Positions 32,533 to 42,143 of a stretch of DNA of 64,000 nucleotides are shown piece by piece. The stretch covers positions 15,315-79,314 of the forward strand of contig VYCQ01000002.1 of the NCBI GenBank assembly GCA_009843865.1. The letters are read 5' to 3'. The position numbers were made by a program, and so were the translations under genes. Below the pieces are notes generated by a model. The model ran no database searches and had not been told where the DNA came from. It saw nothing but the letters and a program-made list of their open reading frames with translations. Each line of letters starts with the position of its first letter. Position 1 is the first letter of the stretch. The DNA is from Acidimicrobiia bacterium (GTDB lineage Bacteria > Actinomycetota > Acidimicrobiia > Acidimicrobiales > Bin134).

Positions 32533-32904
32533 ATGCCACTGAACATCTTGATTTACGACGGTGACTGTGGCTTTTGCACCTCCACAGCCAAATGGGCCAA
32601 GCAACGGCTGAACAGCAACTACCAAGTGGTGCCCTGGCAACACCTCAACTTGGATGACTTTGGCCTAAGCAAGGCCGACGTAAACCGCTCGGCCTACTGG
32701 GTCGACTCAAATGGCAACCTGTATGAAGAACATCGTTGTATCGCCAAGGTACTCAGTGCCATGGACAGACCCTGGAAGTTTATAGGTAGCCTGTTAACCT
32801 TTGGGCCCATCAATCTAGTAGCTCGCGCCGTTTACCGTCTGATAGCAGCTAACCGTGGTCGACTAAGCCGTCTGAGCGCCAAGTTCTCGAACAAACCCGG
32901 TTAG
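32533..32904 (+). CDS. DCC-family thiol-disulfide oxidoreductase (DUF393)
   Basis: ILIYDGDCGFCTSTAKW is the DxxCxxC family signature close to the N-terminus. The start is uncertain (ATGs at 32458, 32473, 32533). The earliest options overlap the bL37 micro-ORF. Confidence 0.75.
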   Translation: MPLNILIYDGDCGFCTSTAKWAKQRLNSNYQVVPWQHLNLDDFGLSKADVNRSAYWVDSNGNLYEEHRCIAKVLSAMDRPWKFIGSLLTFGPINLVARAVYRLIAANRGRLSRLSAKFSNKPG

Positions 32905-32994
32905 CAGCACTTGTCGTTGGGGTAGTGTTTGGGTGGTGTTAAAGTCTGCCCTGCAAACAACCAACATCCACCAGCGTTCAACCAAGGAGTCTGA

Positions 32995-34125
32995 ATGCAG
33001 AACAAGCTTTTTCTCCTATGTTCGGCACTGCTCAGCTTTGCACTCCTAGCAGCAGCTTGTAGCAACGACGACCACACCGACACCCAAGATGGCGCATCCG
33101 ACACGGCCCTGATATCCCTAGAGCAAGAATGCGATGCTTGGGACGGCATTCAAGCTCCCGACGGCTTTCGAGTGAACATGGTCACCGACATCGGCAAAAT
33201 AGACGACGGCACCTTTAATGAGTTCGCATATGAGGGCATGGTCGCTGCTGCTGAGTGCTTCGGCATCAAAGAAACCGGGGTGATCGAAACAGCCTCAGAA
33301 GCCGACTACACCGCCAACTTAAACACCTCAGCCAGTGAAAACCCTGATGTGTTGATCACCGTAGGCTTCCTCATCGGCACCGACACGCTTGAAGCAGCCA
33401 ACGAAAACCCTGATATCAGCTACATTGGTGTAGACCAATTCCACCCTGAATATCCAAATAACTACATTGGCGTTTTGTTTAATGAACACGAGGGGGGTTT
33501 CATCGCTGGTGCTCTTGCAGCTTCTCTTAGCCAAACGGAGGTGATCGGCGTGGTCGGCGGCGTGGAAATTCCCCCAGTAGTAAAGTTTTTGAACGGCTAC
33601 GAAGCTGGTGCCAAACACATCAACCCCAACATCTCAGTACTCAAGGTTTATAACGAGAGCTTCGCCGACCCAGCCAAGGGCGCGTCTGATGCCCGACAGT
33701 TCATTGGTGAAGGTGCCGATGTGGTATTCGGCGCTGGCGGCCCTACCGGTTCGGGTGGCATCAAGGCCGCTGCTGAAGCTGGTGCCTTTGCAATTGGCGT
33801 AGACCAAGACGAGTACTACACCACCTTTGACGGCGGCAACGCTCCGGGCTCTGAAAACTTGGTTAGCTCTGCCATCAAACGCGTGGACTTGTCGGTGTTC
33901 CGCAACATTGGTGAGGCTGTTCGCAACACATTTTCAGGCGGTGCTTACACATTGACCGTAGACAATATGGGCATCACCTATGCCCCATTTCACGATGCAG
34001 TGGTGAGCCCAGAAGCCGCCACCACGGTAGAACGGGTACGCGCGGGCCTAGCCGACGGCAGCATCGAAACCGGAATTTGCGCTATTGACGGGCTGTTCTT
34101 GGGCGAAAACTCAGCCTGCGACTAA
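32995..34125 (+). CDS. BMP-family (PnrA/Med-like) ABC transporter substrate-binding lipoprotein
   Basis: Lipobox LAAACS. DIGKIDDGTFNEFAYEG, GVVGGVEIPPV and AIGVDQDEY are hallmark BMP/nucleoside-binding motifs. Confidence 0.88.
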   Translation: MQNKLFLLCSALLSFALLAAACSNDDHTDTQDGASDTALISLEQECDAWDGIQAPDGFRVNMVTDIGKIDDGTFNEFAYEGMVAAAECFGIKETGVIETASEADYTANLNTSASENPDVLITVGFLIGTDTLEAANENPDISYIGVDQFHPEYPNNYIGVLFNEHEGGFIAGALAASLSQTEVIGVVGGVEIPPVVKFLNGYEAGAKHINPNISVLKVYNESFADPAKGASDARQFIGEGADVVFGAGGPTGSGGIKAAAEAGAFAIGVDQDEYYTTFDGGNAPGSENLVSSAIKRVDLSVFRNIGEAVRNTFSGGAYTLTVDNMGITYAPFHDAVVSPEAATTVERVRAGLADGSIETGICAIDGLFLGENSACD

Positions 34126-34224
34126 CTTTCAGCGAACCCCCAAAACAGGGCTACATCACGATCAGCAATGCCCTTCAGTGGCGGCTTCAGTATGGCCACG
34201 CAATCACAAACGCAGGAGGGGTTG

Positions 34225-35853
34225 ATGGTGTCCAAGACCTCATCTCGTAAGGAACTCGGCGACTTCCAGACACCTCAAGAACTCGCAGTGAAATGCACTC
34301 AAGTTTTAGCGACAATCCAACATGGAACGCGCCGGATACTAGAACCGACATGCGGTGAAGGAAGCTTCATGCTCGCTGCTGCCTCGGTTCTCGAGCCCTC
34401 CATCGACATGATAGGAGTAGAGATCCAACCTATCCATGCCAATATCGCGCGCCGTCATCTCAGCTGCTCAACCGCCAAAGACATTAAGTGGCGAGTCGAG
34501 GTAGGCGACATCTTCCGGCACGACTTAAGAAAGCTCCAGTGGAAAATAGATGGGCCATTGCTGGTTCTCGGGAATCCTCCCTGGGTCACGTTGTCTGACC
34601 TCGGTGCTATGGACTCAATTCAGATCCCCAATCGTACAAACCTGCGTTCCCTACGGGGAATCGAGGCACTTACAGGTGAATCGAACTTTGATGTCACCGA
34701 ATACATCTGGATGCGGCTGCTTACGGAGTTACGTGAAGAAGAGCCGACAATCGCTCTCCTTTGCAAAACCTCCGTCGCACGCCGGGTTCTCACACTCGCA
34801 GCCCACCTAGATCTACCTGTAGCCAAATCGTTCCTGTGGCGCATTAATGCAAAAAAATCGTTCGGGGTAGCAGTCGATGCCTGCCTGTTCGCTGTTCAAC
34901 TAAATGGAACTAGCCATAACTACGAATGCCAAGTCTTCGATTCGCTAGATACGAACTACCCGACGAGCACCATGGGGCTGATAGATGGCGCACTTGTCGC
35001 TGATATAAATGCTCACACTGCGTCTCGACAATATAACGGTTCATCGCCAGTCGAGTGGCGGCAAGGTGTCAAGCACGACTTGGCAGATGTCATGGAGCTT
35101 CGCGCCGACGAAGGCGGCAAACTCCACAACGCTCTCGGCGAGGTAGTTGAGGTTGAGGCCGACAGGGTGTACCCACTCCTCAAGGGCTCAGATGTAAACA
35201 CGGGTAGGTCTCCAAAACGCTATGTGATCGTGACTCAACGATCACTAACAGATGAGATAAAGAGCCTTCAATACACAGCACCCAAGCTCTGGGACTATTT
35301 ACAGACCCACGCGGAGCGATTCGCTGCCCGTAAGTCATCAATTTACCGAAACCGAGCGGCTTTCTCAATGTTCGGCATCGGGCCTTACACATTCGCACCA
35401 TGGAAGGTTGCGGTCTCTGGCCTCCACAAGACCCCTAGGTTCCAGATCATAGGTCCAAGCAAAGGCTCGCCCATTTTATTCGACGACACATCGTACTTCC
35501 TGCCGTGCAAAACCGCGCCTGAAGCAGCCATCCTGCTCAGTGCGATGACAAATGAAGCTACAACCCTCCTCCTCAAATCATTACTGTTCGCTGATGCCAA
35601 GCGGCCCGTAACGAAAAAACTGCTCCAACGCATAGACCTCGCTGCGGTTCTTCACCACAACCGAGCGGATATCGAAAAAGAAGCACGAGCCGTTCTCAAC
35701 AAAATCGGTCAGCACCTACAAGCTACGGCAATTACCCAAGCAGTTGACCAACTCTTGCAGCAGTGGGACGAGGCTCCTGATGCGCCGTCGCTCTTTGATG
35801 TCGTTGACGATGCCGTTGACCTAGCCGCACACGAGCCCATCAGCGTCTACTGA
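34225..35853 (+). CDS. Solitary gamma-class N6-adenine DNA methyltransferase (Eco57I/TaqI-like) with a C-terminal target-recognition region
   Basis: GDFQTP (motif X), ILEPTCGEGSF (motif I, SAM binding) and LVLGNPPWV (motif IV, NPPW). A roughly 300-aa C-terminal non-catalytic region. AGGAGG lies 5 nt upstream of the ATG at 34225. Confidence 0.8.
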   Translation: MVSKTSSRKELGDFQTPQELAVKCTQVLATIQHGTRRILEPTCGEGSFMLAAASVLEPSIDMIGVEIQPIHANIARRHLSCSTAKDIKWRVEVGDIFRHDLRKLQWKIDGPLLVLGNPPWVTLSDLGAMDSIQIPNRTNLRSLRGIEALTGESNFDVTEYIWMRLLTELREEEPTIALLCKTSVARRVLTLAAHLDLPVAKSFLWRINAKKSFGVAVDACLFAVQLNGTSHNYECQVFDSLDTNYPTSTMGLIDGALVADINAHTASRQYNGSSPVEWRQGVKHDLADVMELRADEGGKLHNALGEVVEVEADRVYPLLKGSDVNTGRSPKRYVIVTQRSLTDEIKSLQYTAPKLWDYLQTHAERFAARKSSIYRNRAAFSMFGIGPYTFAPWKVAVSGLHKTPRFQIIGPSKGSPILFDDTSYFLPCKTAPEAAILLSAMTNEATTLLLKSLLFADAKRPVTKKLLQRIDLAAVLHHNRADIEKEARAVLNKIGQHLQATAITQAVDQLLQQWDEAPDAPSLFDVVDDAVDLAAHEPISVY

Positions 35854-36023
35854 CCAAAACCGGCAGTACAGCGCACAACGTTCACGAGAAACAACCAGTG
35901 GGATATTTACCTATTCACTCAGCCACTCAAAAGCACACTGTGGGGCTTTGAGAAAAAACTCGAAACCAAGCATCGCGTGAAGCGTCTAGCAGCTTTCGTC
36001 ACATAGCGTAGTCTTGGCTGTGC

Positions 36024-37580
36024 ATGGCTCAGATAAACACCGGCACTGCTGCCCCTGTACTCGAAGTAGACAACGTAACCAAAACCTTCCCGGGTGTAGT
36101 TGCCAACGACAACGTGAGCCTCACCCTCAACGAAGGTGAAATCCACTGTCTGCTAGGTGAAAACGGTGCTGGCAAAAGCACCCTCGTCAATATGGTATTT
36201 GGGCTCTATCAGCCCGACAAAGGCACCATACGCGTGCATGGTAAAGAAACACGCTTTACTGATTCCGGCGATGCCATTGCCAAGGGCATCGGCATGGTAC
36301 ATCAGCACTTTCAGCTCATCCCTGTATTCACGGTGACAGAAAACATCATCTTGGGCAACGAGATCACCAAAGGAACCCTTCTAGATTTCAACACCGCCCG
36401 CCGCCAAGTACTTGCCATAGCCGAACGCTACGGACTCGCGGTAGACCCCGATGCCACGGTGGGTGATCTATCGGTGGGCGAACAGCAACGGGTGGAGTTG
36501 GTGAAGGCATTGTTCAGAGATGCCAACATCTTGATTTTGGATGAACCCACCGCCGTGTTGACCCCTGGTGAAGTGGACGACTTTTTTAGCGTTGTTCGGA
36601 ACCTCACCCAACAAGGCAAATCCATCATCTTCATCACCCACAAACTACGCGAGGTGCTAGCAGTGGCCGACCGCATCACCGTGCTGCGATCTGGCAAAGT
36701 AGTAGGCAACACGACCGCTAAGAGGGCCACCCAACAATCCTTGGCCAACCTAATGGTGGGGCGCGATGTGGTGTTCCGAGTAGAAAAGACCACCACCAAC
36801 ACAAGCACCACAGCGCTGCAAACACGCGGGTTGCGAGTTCAAGACAACCGAGGTGTGCAAGCCGTTACAGACTTAGATCTAGAAGTACGAACAAGAGAGA
36901 TTCTTGGTATTGCCGGTGTAGAGGGCAACGGCCAAAGAGAACTGGTAGAAGCCATCTGCGGAATGCGCCCCCCTAACGGTGGCACAGTGCAGATGCTGGG
37001 ACATGAAACCACCGCTTGGAGCCCCCGCAGGATCAAACAACTAGGCGTGGCGCACATCCCTGAAAACCGCTCCAAGCACGGGGTGGTGGCACAGTACTCC
37101 ATTGCCGACAACCTGGTGCTCAACCGCTACACCCATAACAAGTTCTCCAAGCGAGGCGTGCTCAACCGCTCAGCCATCAACACCGAAGCTGTAGCACTAA
37201 TTGAACAATTTGATGTACGCGCAACAGGGGTAACAGCTGCACTAGACACCCTGTCAGGAGGCAATCAGCAAAAAGTGGTTGTAGCCCGCGAACTCAGCGG
37301 CAACCCACAAATCTTGGTAGTAGCACAACCCACCCGTGGCCTAGATGTGGGCTCCATAGAGTTCATCCACCGCAAAATCATTGAACTGCGCGACCGTGGA
37401 GTAGCGGTGCTATTGGTGTCCGCAGAGCTTGACGAGATCATGGCGTTATCCGACCGCATCGGCGTGCTCTACCGAGGCCGTCTAGCAGCCATAGTGGACG
37501 CAGCCGATACCACTCGCGAAAAACTAGGTCTGTTAATGGCCACCGGCTCAACTACTCACCCGCCTCAAGCACAACAGTGA
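36024..37580 (+). CDS. ABC transporter ATP-binding protein, duplicated ATPase (BMP/sugar-nucleoside type)
   Basis: GENGAGKST, LSVGEQQRVEL and ILDEPTA in the first half. LSGGNQQKV in the second half. 518 aa. Confidence 0.93.
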   Translation: MAQINTGTAAPVLEVDNVTKTFPGVVANDNVSLTLNEGEIHCLLGENGAGKSTLVNMVFGLYQPDKGTIRVHGKETRFTDSGDAIAKGIGMVHQHFQLIPVFTVTENIILGNEITKGTLLDFNTARRQVLAIAERYGLAVDPDATVGDLSVGEQQRVELVKALFRDANILILDEPTAVLTPGEVDDFFSVVRNLTQQGKSIIFITHKLREVLAVADRITVLRSGKVVGNTTAKRATQQSLANLMVGRDVVFRVEKTTTNTSTTALQTRGLRVQDNRGVQAVTDLDLEVRTREILGIAGVEGNGQRELVEAICGMRPPNGGTVQMLGHETTAWSPRRIKQLGVAHIPENRSKHGVVAQYSIADNLVLNRYTHNKFSKRGVLNRSAINTEAVALIEQFDVRATGVTAALDTLSGGNQQKVVVARELSGNPQILVVAQPTRGLDVGSIEFIHRKIIELRDRGVAVLLVSAELDEIMALSDRIGVLYRGRLAAIVDAADTTREKLGLLMATGSTTHPPQAQQ

Positions 37581-38737
37581 GACAGCTAAGCAAAACTGAC
37601 CTCGGCATCACCGGGGTCTCAGGACAATTACACCGGTTCTTGACCCAAGCATGGCGGCTTCAACCCCTCTATGTGTCGCTTTATGCCATCTTATTGTCAT
37701 TCCTCATTGGCGGCATACTGATCTCTGTGATTGGTGTCAACCCACTTACGGCCTACTGGGCATTGTTACGAGGCATGGTGGGCGACGGCAACAAGCTGGC
37801 AGGATCGCTAGCCCGCTCAGTGCCCTTTATCGGTTCGGCACTGGCATTGGCTTTCGCCTTTCGTGCTGGTTTGTTCAACATTGGAGCCGAAGGACAGCTA
37901 CTAGCAGGTGGCCTAACCGCTGCCTATGTAGGGGCACTGTCATGGATGGGCAACCTTCCTGGTATCTTGACCATCCCTCTAATCTTGATGGCAGGCACAC
38001 TAGGCGGAGCCATTTGGGGCGGTATACCGGGAGTGCTTCGTACCAAGACGGGAGCTCATGAGGTCATCAGCACCATCATGTTGAACTCGGTGGTGCTGTT
38101 CGTAGCCCGCTGGATGGTGGGCTCACGCGATCCGGTAGTGCTACGTGATACCGAAAGCACTGTGCCACGCACCAAAACCATCTCTGACACCGCAGTGCTA
38201 CCTGAGTTGGTGGACAGCCTACCTACCTTGCACTTTGGATTATTAGCTCTAACAGGTTTGTGCTTTGTGGTTGCCTTCATAAACAACCGCACCAGCCTCG
38301 GCTTTGAAATCCAAACTGTAGGTTTAAACCCGCATGCCGCCCATTACGCAGGCATGAACGTACACAGGGTGATCGTGTTAACCATGGCCGCTTCGGGAGC
38401 TTTTGCTGGCCTAGCTGCCGCATCTGAAATATCAGGTACCAGCGGATACTTCCAACCAGGCACCTTTTTCTTGATGGGCTTTGATGGCATTGCCATTGCC
38501 CTTCTGGCACGTACCCAACCGATTGCCATTATTGCTGCGTCCCTGTTGTGGGGGTCGATGCTGTCGGGAGCACCTCTCATGCAACAAGAGGCCAACATGT
38601 CCATTGATGTTGTACGCATCATCCAAGCTTTGGTGCTGTTGTTCGTAGCTGCCGATGCCATGGTGCGATACCTGTTCAAAGTACGAAAACAAGATCAAAG
38701 CCCATTCCAAGCCAACACCATTGGGGCGACCCTATGA
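37577..38737 (+). CDS. ABC transporter permease (BPD_transp_2 type)
   Basis: Multi-TM protein. FNIGAEGQL motif. 4-nt overlaps on both sides. Confidence 0.88.
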   Translation: MRQLSKTDLGITGVSGQLHRFLTQAWRLQPLYVSLYAILLSFLIGGILISVIGVNPLTAYWALLRGMVGDGNKLAGSLARSVPFIGSALALAFAFRAGLFNIGAEGQLLAGGLTAAYVGALSWMGNLPGILTIPLILMAGTLGGAIWGGIPGVLRTKTGAHEVISTIMLNSVVLFVARWMVGSRDPVVLRDTESTVPRTKTISDTAVLPELVDSLPTLHFGLLALTGLCFVVAFINNRTSLGFEIQTVGLNPHAAHYAGMNVHRVIVLTMAASGAFAGLAAASEISGTSGYFQPGTFFLMGFDGIAIALLARTQPIAIIAASLLWGSMLSGAPLMQQEANMSIDVVRIIQALVLLFVAADAMVRYLFKVRKQDQSPFQANTIGATL

Positions 38738-40044
38738 CCACCTTTGAACAAGCCGCCTCGCTGGCTCGATTACATGAACGGGTTCGTCTAGATCGAGGCA
38801 CCATCACCGGTCTGCTGTTCGGCCTGTTGGGGGTGACGCTGATCGCCGGAGTGGCCCCGACTATCGACAGCACCACCCGTCAATTTAACTTTGAACGCCC
38901 ACCTGACCCCGCTGGTATTAGATTCCACCCACCCACCTGGATCATCACCATCGGCGTGTTGTATCTGCTCACCGCAGCATTGAGCTTGGGTTCCCCAGCA
39001 GCTCAACGATGGGCAAGGCTCACAAGAGTTTTGAGCGCGCTCAGCTTTATACCTTTGACACTGGTGCTCAGCCTGGCTTTATCAGACAATGCTGGCACCA
39101 ACGTGGTGAACCTACTGGGCCAATCCCTAGTACTGGCCACACCCTTAGCACTTGGTGCCACCACCGGATTGTGGAGCGAACGATCAGGCATCATCAACAT
39201 AGGCATTGAGGGCACCATGCTAACCAGTGCTGGTGTCGGTTACATGATCTATGCCCTACTCGGAAATGCTAACTCTGCCTTCTGGCTATGGTTCTCGATC
39301 GTAATAGCAATCTTGGCTGGCGGATTAGTAGCCGCATTACACGCAGTGCTGTCCATCCGCTTTGAGGTAAATCAGATTGTTTCCGGTGTGGTAATCAACC
39401 TGTTCGCCCTGGGCTTAACCGGTTTTTTACGCTCTGAGGTGATCTTCAAAACAGGCAACACCAGCGGGGTGAGCACCTCAGATATCGGCTTGCCCTTGCT
39501 GTCATCCATCCCGGTGGTGGGCACACAACTTTTCAGCGGAGGACCAATCTATTGGATGATGTATTTGGTGGTATTCGGAACATGGCTGGTGATGTTCCGT
39601 ACTCCTTGGGGACTGCGAGTGCGCTCATGTGGTGAAAACCCTCATGCTGCCGAAACCTTGGGCATCAACGTGCTGCGCATTCGCTATCAATCGGTGATCT
39701 TAGGAGGCTTCATTGCCGGTCTAGGTGGAGCTTGGTTCTCCATGGAGTCACAAGCCGGGTTTGACAACAATATGACCAACGCCGCCGGATTCATCGCTTT
39801 AGCCGCGTTGATCTTTGGCAAATGGACACCTTGGGGTGCCTTTAGCGGAGCGTTACTATTTGGTTTCTCCCGAGCCTTAGGTACCCGCTTACAGTTCTTA
39901 GGCGTAGAAGTAAGCGGGTTTGAGATTCCTAGTGAGTTCTTTCAGTCGCTGCCGTTCGTCGTCACGCTGGTGGTAGTGGCCGGAGCCGTGGGACAGTCAA
40001 TTCCCCCCGCGGCCGCGGGTCAGCCCTTCCATCGAAGCAAATAG
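38734..40044 (+). CDS. ABC transporter permease (BPD_transp_2 type), second subunit
   Basis: Multi-TM protein. IINIGIEGTML motif. 4-nt overlap with the preceding permease. Confidence 0.88.
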   Translation: MTTFEQAASLARLHERVRLDRGTITGLLFGLLGVTLIAGVAPTIDSTTRQFNFERPPDPAGIRFHPPTWIITIGVLYLLTAALSLGSPAAQRWARLTRVLSALSFIPLTLVLSLALSDNAGTNVVNLLGQSLVLATPLALGATTGLWSERSGIINIGIEGTMLTSAGVGYMIYALLGNANSAFWLWFSIVIAILAGGLVAALHAVLSIRFEVNQIVSGVVINLFALGLTGFLRSEVIFKTGNTSGVSTSDIGLPLLSSIPVVGTQLFSGGPIYWMMYLVVFGTWLVMFRTPWGLRVRSCGENPHAAETLGINVLRIRYQSVILGGFIAGLGGAWFSMESQAGFDNNMTNAAGFIALAALIFGKWTPWGAFSGALLFGFSRALGTRLQFLGVEVSGFEIPSEFFQSLPFVVTLVVVAGAVGQSIPPAAAGQPFHRSK

Positions 40045-40208
40045 CAACACACCACATACCGTGCTAGATACCGTGATAGCCACAGACCGGCGACCCTCAT
40101 AGCGTGCCTAGTAAAGGTACAAAACGCAGAAACCACTTCGTACTAGCTACTTAATTGGCCGAACAGTTCAACTATGAATGAAGTGAAATTAACTACCACC
40201 ATCACCAT

Positions 40209-40523
40209 GTGGTCTCAGCAAATGCGATCAAGGTGGAAATGGAACGAGGGACCGGTTTTGAAGTTAAAGCTTGGTTCCCGATGGCCACTGAGATAACAGG
40301 GCGATTTCGCGAGTCACAGAATCTGCTAGCAGGTAAAGACATCAGGGTAGTGGTGGTTTCTTGGATGCTGAGTCATGTCATCTTCGGCACACCGGAGATC
40401 GTTGGTGTACTCGTGGTTGACGCTCAGTCCGTGTCTCGATTGCGTGATCTGCACTATCACAAACCTCCCGACTACATATGCGAGGAGCCGCAGGACACCT
40501 CGGTGCCCCAGAACATTTATTGA
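40209..40523 (+). CDS. Doubtful ORF, hypothetical (GTG start) inside a 680-bp poorly coding gap
   Basis: Only an open frame. It is overlapped by several equally long ORFs in other frames and strands. No motif and no clear RBS. Confidence 0.15.
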   Translation: MVSANAIKVEMERGTGFEVKAWFPMATEITGRFRESQNLLAGKDIRVVVVSWMLSHVIFGTPEIVGVLVVDAQSVSRLRDLHYHKPPDYICEEPQDTSVPQNIY

Positions 40524-40727
40524 CACGGACAATCGACACATTGTAACAAGTCGCCACATATATTCGATCAACAAAAAGAGCACACCCTGCTATCTTGAAA
40601 CCGCACCTCTCACCAATCTCTCGCAATCAGCTGATTCACTCATGCTTTCCACAATACCGACGTGAGTGACAGCGACGTGAGTGACAGTTTTTTCAGACAC
40701 AGACATTTTACAGATAATCGGCAGCAG

Positions 40728-41429
40728 ATGATCGACACCATAGGACTAGATGCAGACGACACCTTATGGCACAACGAGTCCATCTTCGCGAACTATGAAG
40801 ACCGTATGGCGCAATTGGTGTCAACTCATTTACCAGGTATCAACTTCCACGACCGCCTTATTGACTTGGAACGTCGCAATGTCAGAATCTTCGGCTACGG
40901 CATCAAGGGCTTTGTGCTGTCGATGATTGAAACTGCCATTGAAGCAACCGAAGGGCGTATCACCAGTGAAGAAATCCACACCATTGTAGGTTGGGCTAAA
41001 GAAATGCATCAGCACCCCGTGGAATTGCTAGACGGCGTAGCCGAAACCATCCACGAACTTGAAATCAACTACCGACTAGTGCTCATCACCAAAGGAGACC
41101 TGTGGAATCAAGAAACCAAGATTGCTGCATCAGGATTAGCCGACCACTTTGATGCGATCGAGATAGTAGCCGAAAAAGATGAGGCCACCTATGCCCGAAT
41201 ATTTACGCGCCACGATATCGCTGTAGATCGATTTGTGATGGTGGGCAACTCTATACGCTCCGATATAGAACCGGTAATAGCACTAGGCAGCCATGCAGTA
41301 CACATCCCCTACCACCTCACTTGGGACTTGGAACAACGTATTAACCTCAGCGTCGACTCTGTTCACCCCCACTACACAGAACTCAGCAACATCCGTCAAC
41401 TCCCCACCTGGCTCGCCAGCCAGCCATAA
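40728..41429 (+). CDS. HAD-superfamily hydrolase (subfamily IA-like)
   Basis: MIDTIGLDADDTLW (DxDxT motif I near the N-terminus), LITKG (motif II) and VGNSIRSD (motif IV). The track ORF begins 66 nt earlier at a GTG inside a 15-nt tandem duplication. Confidence 0.8.
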   Translation: MIDTIGLDADDTLWHNESIFANYEDRMAQLVSTHLPGINFHDRLIDLERRNVRIFGYGIKGFVLSMIETAIEATEGRITSEEIHTIVGWAKEMHQHPVELLDGVAETIHELEINYRLVLITKGDLWNQETKIAASGLADHFDAIEIVAEKDEATYARIFTRHDIAVDRFVMVGNSIRSDIEPVIALGSHAVHIPYHLTWDLEQRINLSVDSVHPHYTELSNIRQLPTWLASQP

Positions 41430-41504
41430 ACTCCAACAGTACCAACCAACAACCCGCTGGACTTTTACAATCCCTATCAATCAGCCATTATCAATCGGCC
41501 ATTA

Positions 41505-42143
41505 TCAATCAGCAAGGCGCTCGATGCTGGGATCAAAACCAGGAAGCTGATGCTGCACTGCCCCTTGATATATAGCTAGTTGCTCAAAGACCATTGCCTC
41601 TACCTGCTCCCAGTTAGCGGCCCGTGGCTCGCTCAGATCACGATTATAGGGCTGCTCGAAAACGATTACATTGCGCCCTTGCGATCGCAAGGCATCAATG
41701 TTATGAGGGGCATCTTCTACATAAATGTGGGCATCCACGGCTGTCTTGCCGCCCACAAAACATAAATCCCTGTAAGGGATCTTGGCTTTATCTAGCCACT
41801 TTGCGGTATCGCCCGCAGCAATAGCGTGATCCCAGTTGGTGTACAGCCGATGTGTGATAATGCGAATCCAAACCCCTGCCTCCGACAACCGCCATAGTGC
41901 TTTGGAGGCTCCGGGCATAGATGGCATGTCAGCCAGCATGCGGTGTTCCACCACAGCTTGACGATGAAACCTCTCAAAATCGCCCTCTTGAAAATTCCAT
42001 TCCTCAAAGCCCCAACTGCATTCCAGCGTTAACGAATCGACTGGCACGTTCCTCTCGCGAGCCACAATATCTCTAAAAGCCACGGTGTGCTGGGCACAAA
42101 CACCATCAATGTCGACACCAAATACAAAAGGCCTGAGATTCAT
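41505..42143 (-). CDS. NT5C-like 5'(3')-deoxyribonucleotidase family HAD phosphatase
   Basis: MNLRPFVFGVDIDGVCA (DxDGV motif I), ITHR and YVEDAPHN. The first 61 codons of the track ORF precede motif I and are Cys/Leu-rich, so the start is taken at the ATG at 42143. Confidence 0.7.
   Translation of the reverse strand: MNLRPFVFGVDIDGVCAQHTVAFRDIVARERNVPVDSLTLECSWGFEEWNFQEGDFERFHRQAVVEHRMLADMPSMPGASKALWRLSEAGVWIRIITHRLYTNWDHAIAAGDTAKWLDKAKIPYRDLCFVGGKTAVDAHIYVEDAPHNIDALRSQGRNVIVFEQPYNRDLSEPRAANWEQVEAMVFEQLAIYQGAVQHQLPGFDPSIERLAD

Noticed and set aside
32398-32904. Full-length TTG-initiated 168-aa ORF as given in the track
   Set aside because: Its first 45 codons overlap a better-supported 29-codon bL37 gene with a strong RBS in another frame. 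The DCC-family signature begins only after the ATG at 32533.
34126-36023. Complete restriction-modification system or flanking target-site duplication around the methyltransferase
   Set aside because: No endonuclease-like ORF occurs on either strand within the neighbouring spacers. The only flank similarity (CCAAAAC-like strings at about 34140 and 35855) is too short to be meaningful.
40225-40345. Possible cobalamin riboswitch (GGTGGAAATGGAACGAGGGACCGG ... GCCACTG)
   Set aside because: Only the short GCCACTG-like and GGGA elements are present. The B12-box (AGxCxGGxGxCCxGCC-like) and the expected paired regions are missing. The downstream gene is a HAD hydrolase with no B12 link. A covariance-model search would settle it.
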